NCBI RefSeq assembly: GCF_009914755.1
Contig: NC_060931.1
Length of the DNA stretch: 64,000 nucleotides
Direction: 5' to 3' (one strand)
Origin: the human T2T-CHM13v2.0 reference genome, Homo sapiens
A model generated the notes under the pieces. The model was not told where the DNA came from, searched no databases, and was given only the letters and a program-made list of their open reading frames with translations. Both the position numbers and the translations under genes were made by a program. Positions 12,277 to 26,070 of the stretch are shown piece after piece. Each line of letters begins with the position of its first letter. Position 1 is the stretch's first letter.

Positions 12277-12937
12277 GTTTTTATGGTTCTGTGTTTTACG
12301 TTTAAGTCTTTAACCCATCTCGAGTTAATTTTTGTGTAAGGTATAATGAAGGGTTTCCATTTCAGTTTTCTGCATACGGCTAGCCAATTTTCCCAGCAAC
12401 ATTTATTAAATAGGGAATCCTTCCCCCATTTCTTGTTTTTGTCAGGTTTTTCAAAGACCATATGGTTGTAGATGTTATTTCTGAGGTCTCTGTTCTGTTC
12501 CGTTGGTCTATATGTCTGTTTTGGTACCAGTACCATGCCGTTTTGGTTACTGTAGCCTTGTGGTATACAGTTTGAAGTCAGGTAGCATGATGTTTCCAGC
12601 CTTGGTCTTTTTGCTTAGGATTGTCTTGGTCATACGGGCTCTTTTTTGATTCCATATGAAATTTAAAGTAGGTTTTTCTAATTCTGTGAAGACAGTTGAT
12701 GGTAATCTGATGGGAATAGCATTGAATTGATAAATTACATAGGGTAATATGGCCATTTTCACGATATTTATTCTTCCTATCCATGACCATGGAATATTTT
12801 CCATTTGTTTGTGTCCTCTCTTACTTCCTTCAGCAGTGGTTTGTAGTTATCCTTGAAGAGGTCCTTCACTTTCCTTGTAAGCTATATTCCTAGATATTTT
12901 GTTCTCTTCGTGGCAATTGTAAATGGGAATTCATTCA
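12277..12937 (-). mobile_element. Inverted 5' segment of a twin-primed L1PA7/8
   Basis: Minus-strand ORF2 remnants ([14 protein letters not shown]..; ..[19 protein letters not shown]..). Confidence 0.92.
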
Positions 12938-14031
12938 CATAAGCATGGGCAAAGACTTCATGAGGAAAACACCAAAAGCAATTGCAACAAAAGCCAAAAC
13001 TGACAAATGGGATCTAACTAAACTAAAGAGCTTCTGCATAGCTAAAGAAACTAGCATCAGAGTGAACAGGCAACCTACAGAATGGGAGAAAATTTTTGCA
13101 ATCTACCCGTCTGACAAAGGTCTAATATCCAGAATCTACAAGGAACTTAAACAAATTTACAAGAAAAAAAAAAAACAAACAACCCCTTCAAAAAGTGGGC
13201 AAATGATATATACAGCCACTTCTCAAAAGAAGACATTTATGTGGCCAACAAACACATTTAAAAAAAAGCTTATCGATGATCATTAGAGAAATGCAAATCA
13301 AAACCACAATGAGATAACATCAGTCAGAATGGAGATTATTTAAAAGCCAGAAAACAATAGATGTTGGTGAAGCTATGGAAAAATAGGAATGCTTTTACAC
13401 CATTGGTGGGAATGTAAATTAGTTCAACTATTGTGGAAGACAGTGTGGCGATTCCTCAAGGATCTAGAACCAGAAGTACCATTTGACCCAGCATTCCTAT
13501 GACCAAGTATATACCCAAAGGATTATAAATCATTCTACAATAAAGACACATGTACCCATATGTTTATTGCAGCACTATTTACAAGAGCAAAGACATGGAA
13601 CCAACCCAATGTTCATCAATAATAGACTGGATAAAGAAAACGTACATATATGCCATGGAATACTATGCAGCCATAAAAGAGATTGAGATCTTATCCTTTG
13701 CAGGGACATGGATGAAGCTGGAAACCATCATTCTCAGCAAACTAACACAGGAACAGAAAACCAAACACCACGTGTTCACACCCATAAGTGGAAGTTGAAC
13801 AATGAGAACACATGGACACAGGGAGGGGAACAACACACACCAGGGCCTGTTTGGGGGTGTGGGGCAAGGGGAGGGAGAGCATTAGGACAAATACCTAATG
13901 CATGTGGGGCTTCAAACCTACATGACAGGTTGATAGGTGTGCAATAAATGACCATGGCCCATGTATACCTATGTAACAAATCTGCATATTCTGCAAGTGT
14001 ATCCTGGAACTTAAAGATAAATAAAAAATAA
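12938..14031 (+). mobile_element. 3' segment of L1PA7/8-like LINE-1 (ORF2 C-terminus, 3'UTR, A tail)
   Basis: [18 protein letters not shown].. remnant and 3'UTR ggagggagagcattaggacaaatacctaatgcatg. The whole element is flanked by TSD ataaaatgaaactgtctgg (12258-12276, 14032-14050). Confidence 0.94.
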
Positions 14032-14753
14032 ATAAAATGAAACTGTCTGGAGTTGTTACTGCCTTTAAAAGGGATAGCACAGCTTATGTTGATAAAAATT
14101 GACATATATAGCCTTTCCTTACAATGTATAGAAATTGGTAGGAAGGAAGGAAAGGGAAAACTATTTTTAAAGCCTTTCTTATTCCCTCTGTGTTGCAAAA
14201 ATGAAAAGATCACCTACTCTAGGACTCTATTCTTAGAAGGAAGGAAAATCTTGGGGTAGTGGTCTTTCATTTTAGTAAGAATATTAATGATTACAGTTAT
14301 CCTGTAAATCTCCTCCCCCATTTTTAAGGCAAGATAATAATAATTTTTAAGTCACAAAAATTTTGTGAGAAATAAATAATATTTTGTATACTAAACAAAT
14401 TTGTATAAGTTAAACAAGGTATATAATTATTTGTTATCAATAGAAACAGATAATTACAGAAATGATCATAGCACAGTTCCCTGGGAATTGTTGCCCAAAT
14501 GATATTTCTCCAGAATATCTGAAAATGATCTGTGAAAGACCTATTCAGTGATTCTTTTTATCTTTTAGTTTTGAGGATAATACCAATCTTTTGGGTTAGA
14601 AATGGGGTTAAACTATAAAGTATTTCACAAAGTTGTAAGCAGAAAGCTAGAAGAAATATGTTTATACTGTATGGGCTAATGTCCTAAATTTATAGAGAAA
14701 AAAATTATTCTGAACATATAAATTATAAACTCTAGATATTTATAATACAGATT

Positions 14754-14976
14754 CAGGGTTGGTAAACACTTTCAGAAAAAGGTCAGATAGTAAATATTTC
14801 AGGCTTTGTGGGTCCCATATTCTCTGTGGCAACTACTCAACTGTGCCATTATGGTATGAAAGTAGCCATTGAGAATGTATTGAATAATGACTGTGGCAGC
14901 TTTTCAGTAAAACTTAATTTATAAAATCAGGCAGTTGTCCAGATATAGCCTATGGGCCATAGTTTATCAATCCTTG
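14754..14976 (+). mobile_element. MER58A hAT-Charlie MITE
   Basis: cagggttggtaaac...gtttatcaatccttg termini; interior cagatagtaaatatttcaggctttgtggg..caactactcaact. Confidence 0.85.
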
Positions 14977-15799
14977 CTATCGAGTAAAACTAATAGTGTA
15001 ATTCTGGACAGTTTCCTGACATCAGACCAATATAAGACAATGGGATCTAATAGTCCATCATGGGCTAGCATAATCAGGAATTCTATTAGAAACGAATTCC
15101 TTATTTATTTATTTATTTAACAGGTGTTGAACACTGCTTAGTGGCAGATACTCTGCTATTACCTAGGTAAAACAGACTTCCAGGGCGTGGGCTCTGCCTT
15201 CCAAGAAACATGAATTGCATGATGACTGCTTGTTATACTTCAACAAAACTATAATGGAGGATAAAAAAGTATTTAAAGGCCCAATTAGAATGATCGAAGG
15301 ATTATAAAGGCTCCTTTATGAAGATACACTTATATAATTAGGACCCTATAATCTGGAAAGAATAATTAAGAGGTGATGTGTCTGATTTTATTAGAATTAA
15401 CTTTATAGATGCTAATAGGTTACATGTGCTAATTTGTAGTCAAGATAGCTTGGGGAGTCTCTTGTTGAATGTTTTTGTGACTGCTAATTAAAAGACACAA
15501 ACAATAATATGTCAGAAACAGAAATCAAAATTATAAGAAAAGTTCAATATTCAAAAAATCACATTTTTTGTGTGTCTTACAGAATTCTTTTATACACATA
15601 TAATACTTTTTGCATTGCTATTATCCTAGATAAGATGTAATCCTTTCTCAATTAACATTGTAGCATATATTCTCATGTTGTCAGTCATTACAATGATCAT
15701 TTCATTCAATTTTGGAATTCTCTTCTGATGTCTTTGACTTTTCACTGTAGAGTATATATTACCCTTTGATGTATTTCTATGTCATTTTTTTTTTTTAGC

Positions 15800-16260
15800 A
15801 CAGACTTCTATCCACTGATATTCAAATCTTTATCTCAACTATCTTTTGCATTTTCATAGGTCACATATACCACAAACTCAACATGTCCTGGAAATAAACT
15901 ATCATAATCGCTGTTCAAAGCTGTAAATTCCTTCTTTATTCCTCATCTTTCCAAATAGTGATATCATAAACCAAATTCTCAAGACAAGATTCAAAGGATT
16001 ACTTTAGACTCTTTGTTTTCCCTCTCCTCTGATTCTGCAAATAATTGCATATTAAATTCTGTCATTTTACCCCCTAGGAATCAGTGCCTTAGTGTAGACA
16101 GTAACATTGCTTGCAGTGATTATTGCAAAAATCTCCTTTCTAGCCTCCTGTCTTCAATTCATCTTCCTCTCTGCTGCAGAATTATCATTCTAAATGTACA
16201 TTTGATTATGTAATACCTAATTAAAATCCCCCATTGACTGTGAATAATAATCCAGACTAT
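15800..16260 (+). mobile_element. L2 LINE relic
   Basis: L2-like motifs (aaactcaacatgtcc; ctgcagaattatcattctaaatg). Boundaries approximate. Confidence 0.6.
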
Positions 16261-18364
16261 TTAATCACAAGTAAAATAAATCTTACCAAAACTGGATTAA
16301 AATTATTGGGGCTTTACCAATTTAGAAAGATGTTATGGAGATGACATAATCCCTGGCTTGAATGATGTTTTAAAATTTATTATCTCTGATTCTCTGTCAT
16401 GGTTTTCTCTGTCTGAGTCTCTCTCTCTCCCTTTTCTCTATTTTTTCCTTCAAAAAACTTTAAAACACTTGATTTTTAGTTAAAGAATTAAAAGATTCAA
16501 AAAACACCTAAAAGTAATAGGTTTCAATACACAATTTGGAAATTATTGGAAAATTCTGCTTGGTTTTGTTCTCTGTCTCTTTCTCTGCTTTCTATCTTTC
16601 TCCCCTTTCATTATTAAAACATCCTAACCAATTCAATAAATGAGTATTTAAAAAGCTAAAAATACATCTAAGTATCTAGGGACAAAAGTTTATATAAGAA
16701 AGAAAATAATATGTTTAATGTTAGGAAAAGGAAGGTAACAGTCTTAAGATTGCTCAAGCTAAGATCACAGATATGTCTAGACTGAGCTAATTCCCACTGG
16801 AGGCTCCGCATTGTTAGACACTTAAGTGATTTTGATTATTTTTAGACATAATTTGTGTAAATTGATGTATATAATTTATATCGCCATTTGAGTTATTCTA
16901 GTTTATTTTGATTATTTCTTTTTGTTGTTGCTGTTTAGCAAGTTAGTTAACATGCACCACAACTTCCTTCAATCATATGCTGTTAGATAAGAATATTAAT
17001 AACAACACATGAAAAGTGACTTGGATATTAAAAATATATACATAGACCAATATAAAAATTCAGAAAATGAAAGTTGTATATACACATATATACACAAACA
17101 CACACACCGCTAACTTATTATTTCATGTATCTCAAACTATTTATTAGTGTTATATTCATGATTGCTAAGTTACTATTCTTAAAAGAAGTATACTTGAGAG
17201 TGCTAATTATTATGGGAATTCAATTCTCTGAAAATGAAGAAAAAGACCATTTTTAATTATAAAATGCAATTCCAAAGAGTTGTTTGTTAATTTTTTTGCG
17301 CCTCACACTGAGTTCTGAAGACATCTCTTACATAAAAGGAAGGGATTAATTCCAGTCTTGGGGCAGTCTTCAGGGAGAGACAAGAAATATCAACTTACAT
17401 TTAAAAAATGATGTTTCAGGGCCCTTTTGTTGAGGCCTCCACGCACCAGCTGATATAAGATGTTGAGTTACATATAAACACAGGGAAGAAGGGCCTGCAC
17501 ATATCTCTGTAGTAGATCTCTGCCTGATTGATCCACTAGACAAATAAGTAATACTGTGTTAGTGGATAGCATTCATTGGTTCCCACAGTAATTCAAGTAT
17601 TTATAGACATGCTTTTTCATTTTCCTTCATACCGAATCTTGAACCACTTAAATCCAGATTATACTAATTATCAAGTACAACTGTTTGAAATCAGGGTTCT
17701 TTGACAATACTTTAAAAGTTTTCTTTTAAACTATCATACGCATAGATGCTCAAAGACACCAGACTTGAATTTTCCCATGTAAAAATTATGTGAAAGACCC
17801 CTCTAATGGTCTACCTCTTCATATGTATAAAAATGTTATTATAGTTACAAAAAGAGACACAATCTGTTGCTTAAACAGTATTGTCTCCTTTTTAAAAATG
17901 GTTATTTTGAAATAGAATTGCAGCTGAATCATTAATAAATATCGCTACATAAAAATTTTACCACAATAAGCAAGCACCATGAGCATTTACCTGTGATTAT
18001 TATGTTAGTACTTTACAATCCCTTAACTGAATAATTGAATAGGGATAAGAATACATCAATATATTTAATTTATTAGTCATCGTATTTGTCTGATTAGGCT
18101 TTATTTTTAACATTATAATACAGGGAGATCTTTGTGGAAATAACAATGAATATTTGCTACAACTGGGTATGACAGAGGTATGCTAAACTGGACCATATAG
18201 CTATAAATAAAAAAGAAAGGTAAGGTCATGTGAGCATCAGATTCATTTATATGGCATTAATTAACTGAATAATTACTACATTTATTTTAAAAATTCCTAT
18301 GAGATAAAAAGTCATAGTAGATACAAGGTAGGTCTAAAACATTAACTCTGAACCTGAGAAATTA

Positions 18365-18593
<229 letters not shown>

Positions 18594-19243
18594 ATGGTGA
18601 AGCATAGTGTTTTCAAACCAAATTATTGGAAAACTATGGTTATCAGGAGCAATACAAGGATTTTAAGACTTCGCTTTGAATTTTATGAATACTACATATG
18701 TGTGTGTGTGTATAACTTAAAATTATATGAAAACATTCAAATTTATAATTTACTGCATATTAATACATTAGAGACCAGTAATATGTTAACTCATGCTTCA
18801 AATTTAATTGGCAAAGGACTTCTCATTTTTCTCCAGACCTTAAAATAAACGTCTCCAACTGTAAACCACATTAAAACGTATTTGAATTTATTATAATGTG
18901 TCATGGGTCTTCATGTGAATTTACATCTTCACATGGGCACCCATGTATTAATAAAATGTATGCATGTGTTCACGACCTGAACACACATACACCATGTTTC
19001 ATTAAATGCTCAACGAGTCTCAGCCATGTATGCTGAGAGAACACTCATGTCAGGGAATAATAGTTTTTCAGTAAGAAGTAAACATCTAATATACTATGTT
19101 ATCATAGACTTGTATCATTTCAACATTTAGAAATTCTATTTATTGTGTATTACTTACATTATTTTAATATTTAGGGTATAACGTTTGAGAGCAATTGATT
19201 AAATTTGCACTTAGAACTTATTATTTCACTTTAGTGTTTCTAA

Positions 19244-19570
<327 letters not shown>

Positions 19571-20114
19571 TAAAAGTAGGTGATAATGCCAAGAGATCTT
19601 AAACAAGATCCAGTTACTATGTTTTAAATATACAGAATTTTGCTGGATGATATATATAAGAAACTTATAGGATTGCTCTATGTAAGGAGTCCTTAGTTCT
19701 GGAAGGGATAGAAGTTCAATTTACTTTTGGTTGTATTGTATTGCATTGCATACTCATTTACAACATAGTTATTGTTTAAAATTATTACCATGTGCCTCCT
19801 GTAACAAATTAATTGTCTAGTGCAATGTGGCAAATGTTATAATTATGGATTTTTTTAATGTAATCTGAAATGACTTCATCGTAAGACTCCAAGGGTTCTT
19901 GAATCTAAACAACCAATATAAAGTAAATTTGAATCTGACATGCAAATGTTATTATCATTAACCATTTATATAGGAAAAAATATATTTTTTGTCAGGAAAT
20001 ACATTTATAAAATGCATTTGAATATTTTCTTTCATATATGTCATCTGAGAAAATAACTTTTAACAGCCATTTCCCATAACTGCTATAAGGCTTAACTTTG
20101 TAATATACTTTCAC

Positions 20115-20230
20115 TTGTATTGGATCATTTAATTCTTCCAAGAAAAAAAAAATGTGAGGTGGGAATTATACTCATTTTACAGTGAAGAAAACTGAGGCTC
20201 AGAGAAGTTGAGAACTTCTGGTAAGACCAA
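20115..20230 (-). mobile_element. MIR fragment
   Basis: Core ctcattttacagtgaagaaaactgaggctcagagaagtt. Confidence 0.8.
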
Positions 20231-21471
20231 AATATACTGTTCTGTTTTTCACAATATTTCCAGGGATGGAAGATGTACATATGAAAAAGAAATAGCACAA
20301 ATTTGAAAGTACAAGACAAGCAAGCACAGTACTTTCCACATAAGAAATTGAGAATTCTAAAAATAATAAAGGAATGGAAGTTTTATTCCAGGAGCATCAT
20401 GAGATGGACGTATGGCCTCAGCGCTCTGAACAGCAGCACTGACACCTGTTAGAACCTCTGCCTTAGTGCCACTAGATGTTTTTTGGGTTCCTTGTGTCTA
20501 AGTCCATGTCTTGGGATTCTTTCTACTATCCCTGTTCTGTTAGGATCAAAACCTTACCTGTCTTTGCTACTTACTGCCTAAAACACAATATGTATTCATT
20601 AATAAGTATCTGATAAATAAATTTCTGTTTTCTGTCATCAACCTAGAGATTGGTTTTATTTTCCTGAACCCTAAACAGATTATTGAGTTGTAGTTACGGA
20701 TGCCATAATTGTTCTAATGCCAATAACTTATCTGCCCTCTTATATTATACATTGTTTTCTCTTCACCGGTCCCCCACTGTCATGTTAAACTAACTGATGA
20801 AAATATAATCTATTCCTTTATGTATGTAACCTTCTTCACCTCTGCAATGCCCACCAATTTTTATTTGCCTTATTCTGAACTATTTAGGATATCGCATTCT
20901 CTCTGCTGCTCATGACTTCCTGAAGAGATTACAGCTTACTTCATTTACCAAATATCCATTGTGCTCATTTTATAAGTTCAATGCCAGGCCAGCTGTACCC
21001 CTAATGTCTCATCTGTGCTTATTTAAATAGACTGTGTCCAGGCCTGTCCTCAATCATGACACAGAGTATAATTTACCACACTGATTTGTGCAAAGGCATT
21101 CCTCCAAGTGATATTTGACAAGAACATAAACATTATAGACAGCATTTTTTCAAACCTTTAGTATTCATGATGACACCTGACATTCTTGAGAATCACAAAG
21201 AAAAAAATGAATAATTTATCTTTGAATATCATTTCAGTAGAAGGATCATCTTGCAATGCTATATTTAGTAAATTAATATCAGCATATTCTCACAAAAGTG
21301 TATATTCTGATAATTATGCTTTTCCTATATTCCGCCTGAAATATAGGTAATGTATGATGCTGTTAATACATACACAATAGCCTGCAATGGATAAAAGTTG
21401 TTTAAATTCCTCTAGAATTCCCCACCCCTACCCCCCTGCCAACCAATTCTACTCCAAGAGGAATCTCTGCC

Positions 21472-21783
21472 TCTTTTTTTTTTTTTTTTTTTTGAGATGG
21501 GATCTCACTCTGTAGCTAAGTCTGTAGTGCAGTGGTGCAATCAGAGCTCACTGCAGCATTGATCTACTGAGTTCAAGTGTTCCTCCCGCCTCACCCCTCT
21601 GGCCCCAGCCTGTAGCTGGGACTATAGGCACTTACCACCATTCCAAGCTAATTTTTAATGTTTTTATGTGGAGATGAAGTCTCATTATGTTGCCCTGGCA
21701 AGTCTTGAACTCCTGGGTTCAAGGAATCCTCCCACCATGGCCTCCCAAAGTGTGCGATTATAGGCCTCAGCCACCTGGTCCTG
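21472..21783 (-). mobile_element. AluJ SINE
   Basis: Antisense Alu with J-type features (gctcactgcagc; tcctgggttcaaggaatcctccc). TSD ccaagag(g/t)aatctctgcc at 21454-21471 and 21784-21801. Confidence 0.92.
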
Positions 21784-21834
21784 CCAAGAGTAATCTCTGC
21801 CCCACATTTTATGTTTGCATGTCCCTTATTTTTA

Positions 21835-22034
21835 TTTATGTATTTATTTTTGAGACAGGGTCTCAGTCTTTTGTCTGGGCTGGAGTACAGTTTCATGATC
21901 TTGGTTCACTGCAACCTCTGCCTCCCTAACTCTAGCTATCCTCCTGCCTCAGCCTCCTGAGTAGCTGGGACTACAGGCACATGCAACCATGCCTGGCTAA
22001 GTTTTGTATTTTCGGTAGAGGCAGGGTTTAAGCT
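21835..22034 (-). mobile_element. 5'-truncated Alu (J/S)
   Basis: Antisense right arm plus linker. Perfect TSD tgtcccttattttta at 21820-21834 and 22035-22049. Confidence 0.9.
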
Positions 22035-22049
22035 TGTCCCTTATTTTTA

Positions 22050-22550
22050 GAGTGTTTTATGATATAAATAATATAATATTTTAAGTCTTGCATGTTTTTG
22101 AAGTTAAATAGTATATTGTGTGTAATCTTACATTAACAAATTAATTTTCATTTAAAAAAATATTTAATTCTAAATACACTAAAATTTATTCATCCACTCT
22201 ATCGATGGATTTTTGGGTATTTTCAAGGTTTTATTGTCTTAATGAAATGGTAATATAAATATTCTTATGGTCTTCTGGTGCACATATGTTCCCTTAGGTA
22301 CCAATCTAGGAGACATATTGCTTGTTTCAGAATATACAAATATTAAAATTTACAAGATAATGCCAAATTGTTCTTCAAAGTAGTTGTAGCAATTTACACT
22401 CACACTAGTAATATACAATTAATACCAATGTTTTTTTCCAACATTTTTTATTGTTGAACTTCTTAACTTACGAAAATTAAACAGTAGCACATTGTTGTCT
22501 TGATTTAAATTTCTCTAATCTCTAATATTGGTTATACGCATTTACTTTCA
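22050..22550 (-). mobile_element. Old L1M (L1ME-like) fragment
   Basis: Antisense L1 3' motifs (tgccaaattgttcttcaaagtagttgtagcaatttacactc). Boundaries approximate. Confidence 0.7.
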
Positions 22551-23495
22551 GAATACATATTCCTATCTTTTCCCCACCCCAAAAAACACACAAAAATGAA
22601 TTCCTCTAGAATATCTGTAATTAAATACTGTGCTATATAGGTTTGGAGTTGTAGCTGAGTACGGGTCAACTTTATGAAAAGATACTCACAAGGCTATTGC
22701 TTCTTATTGTATGTTTATTATAAATCAGTAGAGGAATAGTAAAAACAACATTATAGTAAAATTTTTGGTAATGGTCTTTCTTTAGGATTTTAAAGAATCA
22801 AAATAAAAATAAAGCAAGTAAAGATGGAAGTAGATAAAATACAAATGGGGACCATTTACTCCATTACAATATTAAGACATTGACTAATGGAAAATCATAT
22901 TAATTTTTTTGCATGGTACTAAAAGAGGAAAAAATGTAAACATATTTCACCCTTTAATGAATCAAGCTGCATGTTCTACTTTCAAAAATATGTAATTTTC
23001 ATTATGGTGCCAGAAAGAAGTTAGCGTTATCATCTATACTTCTATTGTCTTTTTAAATATATGTAGCCAGTGAACATTGAGTTAAGACTTTTCTTGTATT
23101 TAACCAGGACCAACGAGTAGAACATAAAACATGAATTCGATCACCAGACATTATTTTAAGACCATCTTTAAATAGCCTATATGAGTTAATTGTATTTAAA
23201 ATGAATGGCTTGGTTAATTCACTGAAATCAACGGTTTTATCTCTCCGTAAAGCAACAGTATCCCAAACTTGTACCTAATGAAAATGTACATGAGGAACTT
23301 ACTTAAAATATTTATTCTTCTACCCTCTCTTAGTGAGTCTAATTTGACAGATTTGGGGCTTGGCTCAGAAATTTGTACTTTCGACATGAGCTCCAGAATA
23401 ATGGTGTATCAGCTACACTTTAAAAACGATTTGGGGGAAATACTATCAGAACAGACTTTCTCCCTTTGGTAGAGTTCCTAACAAGAACCCTGAGA

Positions 23496-23576
23496 GAATC
23501 ATGTCACTGTATTACAACCTGGGCTACAGAGCAAGAGGCCATCTGAAAACAAAACAAAACAAAACAAAACAAAAAC
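23496..23576 (+). mobile_element. Severely 5'-truncated Alu 3' end with (AAAAC)n tail
   Basis: atcatgtcactgtattacaacctgggctacagagcaagag then (aaaac)n. Flanks aaccctgaga/aactctgaga. Confidence 0.7.
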
Positions 23577-23679
23577 AACTCTGAGAATTCAGAGTTGACT
23601 AGAACCTGGGGAAGCCTTCTAGATTGTTCTCTACATTTGTAAAAGAAATAAATGTAAGAACTGCTCTAGAATGTACATT

Positions 23680-23845
23680 CTCAACCAGAGTGCCAGCTTC
23701 ATGAATGCTGAGATTTGTGTTGGTTTTACAGCTTGAATGTCTCTGCCGAAGGCTTTCAATAAATATTTGTTGAAAAAGAAAGGAAGAAAGAAAATGAAGA
23801 AGGAACGAAGGAGGAAAGGAAAGAAGGAAAGAAGGAAGGAAGGAG
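23680..23845 (+). mobile_element. L2 3' end with GA-rich (GGAA)n tail
   Basis: tcaataaatatttgttgaa terminus followed by a purine repeat. Confidence 0.65.
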
Positions 23846-24399
23846 TTAATGAAGACTCAAGGTGATTCTTAACTTTCTAATACAGAATTCTCTTTTCGTT
23901 TCCACCTTCAATCCAGATAAATGACATGCCGTGATGGAAAATCTGAAATATGTTTTGTGATGCCTTTTTGCTGCTACTACCAACAGTAAACTCAAACTCT
24001 TGAAACTGGTTTTTTTTCCTCTTTTTCTGCCATGCCCCATAGTAATCTTCCTTGCTTGCATGTTCCACTACAACTCAGTGATGCTTCAGATATGCAACTA
24101 AACTACTGCACAATAAATATAAAGCTAGGACAAGTCACTTAATTCAGGTTTAAATATACAAATTTTCCTTGCAGTAACTTAAAATTGATACTTCTCATCC
24201 ACTGATTTCCTGTCAGGATCTTGCCTACTAAGGGCCATGATTATTGTGGCTGGCATATCTCATTTTTTCCCTTTAGTTAGGCAAATTACTTTAGTGACAC
24301 TCTTGGTAGAGACTCTTTTGTTTGGTGTCTGGAAGACGGTCTTTTTTTTTTTTTCTTTTTCCTTTCCCAGTGTTTTCTTTATAATCTTTGTAGTCTACT

Positions 24400-24572
24400 G
24401 TAATGGGTAAGCTTGGACTATAAACTCAGTTTTGAGTTCTGAGACTGACTTATACTCTTAAAACTTAGATGATTTATTTTATTTCGGAGACTTTAATTTC
24501 ATCATCAGAAAAATGGGAGCACTGCTAGAGAAGACCTCTAGGATCTCTGCTATTGAATGATTGTGTGATTCT
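24400..24572 (+). mobile_element. MIR/MIR3 fragment
   Basis: tttaatttcatcatcagaaaaatggg..gacctctagg..gtgattct. Confidence 0.55.
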
Positions 24573-25849
24573 CTGCAGAAAGGTAATTTTGCTTGTAATG
24601 CTGACCCTGATTCTTCAGACTCACTCTCTTACACTGTACCCTCGACTATTTGTTTTCTTGTTCTCTATTAAGTACAAATAAATCCACAGATTTTCTGAAG
24701 GTAGAAATCATAATTCTCTACCATTTTTGGGGAGGGATGATATTTTGTCACCACTCTGTAGGAAACAAATAGTTTAGGATTCAGAGGGGTTTTGACTTTA
24801 TGAACTTGAGAATAGCTCATGTTGAACATAAAAATTTGTATATTCTCTGACGCTCTTTACGATCTTCTAAAATGTTCAGCAACAGTGAAATTATCCAGCC
24901 TTGTTATCTGAAAAAAAAAACTCTGAGAAAACAATTACACAAACTTTTGTTTGTTGACAGATGGCTGACAGACACAGTTATAGGCCCCTTGTTCTTTTGT
25001 TACTTCTTTTGGAGCAGTTTAATCATGTTAAATAGTAAAGTTTTCACTCTGCCAGCCCAGCCCCCAGTACATCAAGGTTTTACATGTTGATGAACAACAT
25101 CACCTTAATGCCTTAAAAATGCAAGATATTTAAGCCAATTCCCCCATGTATAAAATAAATATGTGTATACATGTTTCTTAGCTCCTAGCTCCTTCCTGTC
25201 AGCACTTAGGTTTCCAGAATTCATGGTCCTCGTATATTCTTTCTCTGCCTCTGATTTCTCTCCTTTCAAGCAATCTTAGCACTGTTTCCGTTCCTATAAT
25301 ACCTATGTCCTATAATTCTATATTTCCCTGCTATACTTTACCTTTAACATATATGCCTTATGTTTAATTCAACAAATATTTATTGAATAGATATGTATAA
25401 GGTATAAATGTTCAAAGATGACTTAGATACAGCTTTTACACTCTAGGAGTTTTGCTAAGAAAGAGAGAATATATAAACAATTGTAATAAAGAATTAGTAG
25501 GATATATGTAGATAGATAGTTAAAGAAAAGATTAAAGTTTGACCAGGTTATTTCCTATTAGCTCTATTTTAATCAACTAATTTATTTTCAAGTATGATAA
25601 AGACTAGAAATTGATTCACACACAGATTTTAACAGTGGATTTATGCATTTGTATTGCCTTCCCCAAAAATCAGGCCTCTAATTTTTAATTTTTTTTTAAT
25701 GTTTGATATGGTAAAACTGCAAAAATGACTTGGTGGCAAACTGGCCTTTCACATTAGCCCCTTAAATTACACTAAGTAGGCAAGAGAAGAGTATAATTAC
25801 ATATGAAGTCAGCAGTGCTTAAAAGATAAGCAATGGAAATGTTTTATGT

Positions 25850-26070
25850 CAATGATAACAAATATATCAAACACTTACTACAGGCCAGGCACTATTCTTA
25901 ATTTATTCATGTAAATTAAGACTTAATTAAACTCCCTTATGTAGAGACTATTATAATAAACATTTTATAAATGAAGAAAAAGACATAGAAAGTTGAAGTG
26001 AGTTGCCTAGCTAGGAATAATTATGCAAGTTTGTTCAGCTCAAGAGCCCGTGTTCTTAGTCTTTACCTCT
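25850..26070 (-). mobile_element. MIR fragment
   Basis: caggccaggcactattct..cattttataaatgaagaaaaagacatagaaagttgaagtgagttgcc. Confidence 0.7.
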
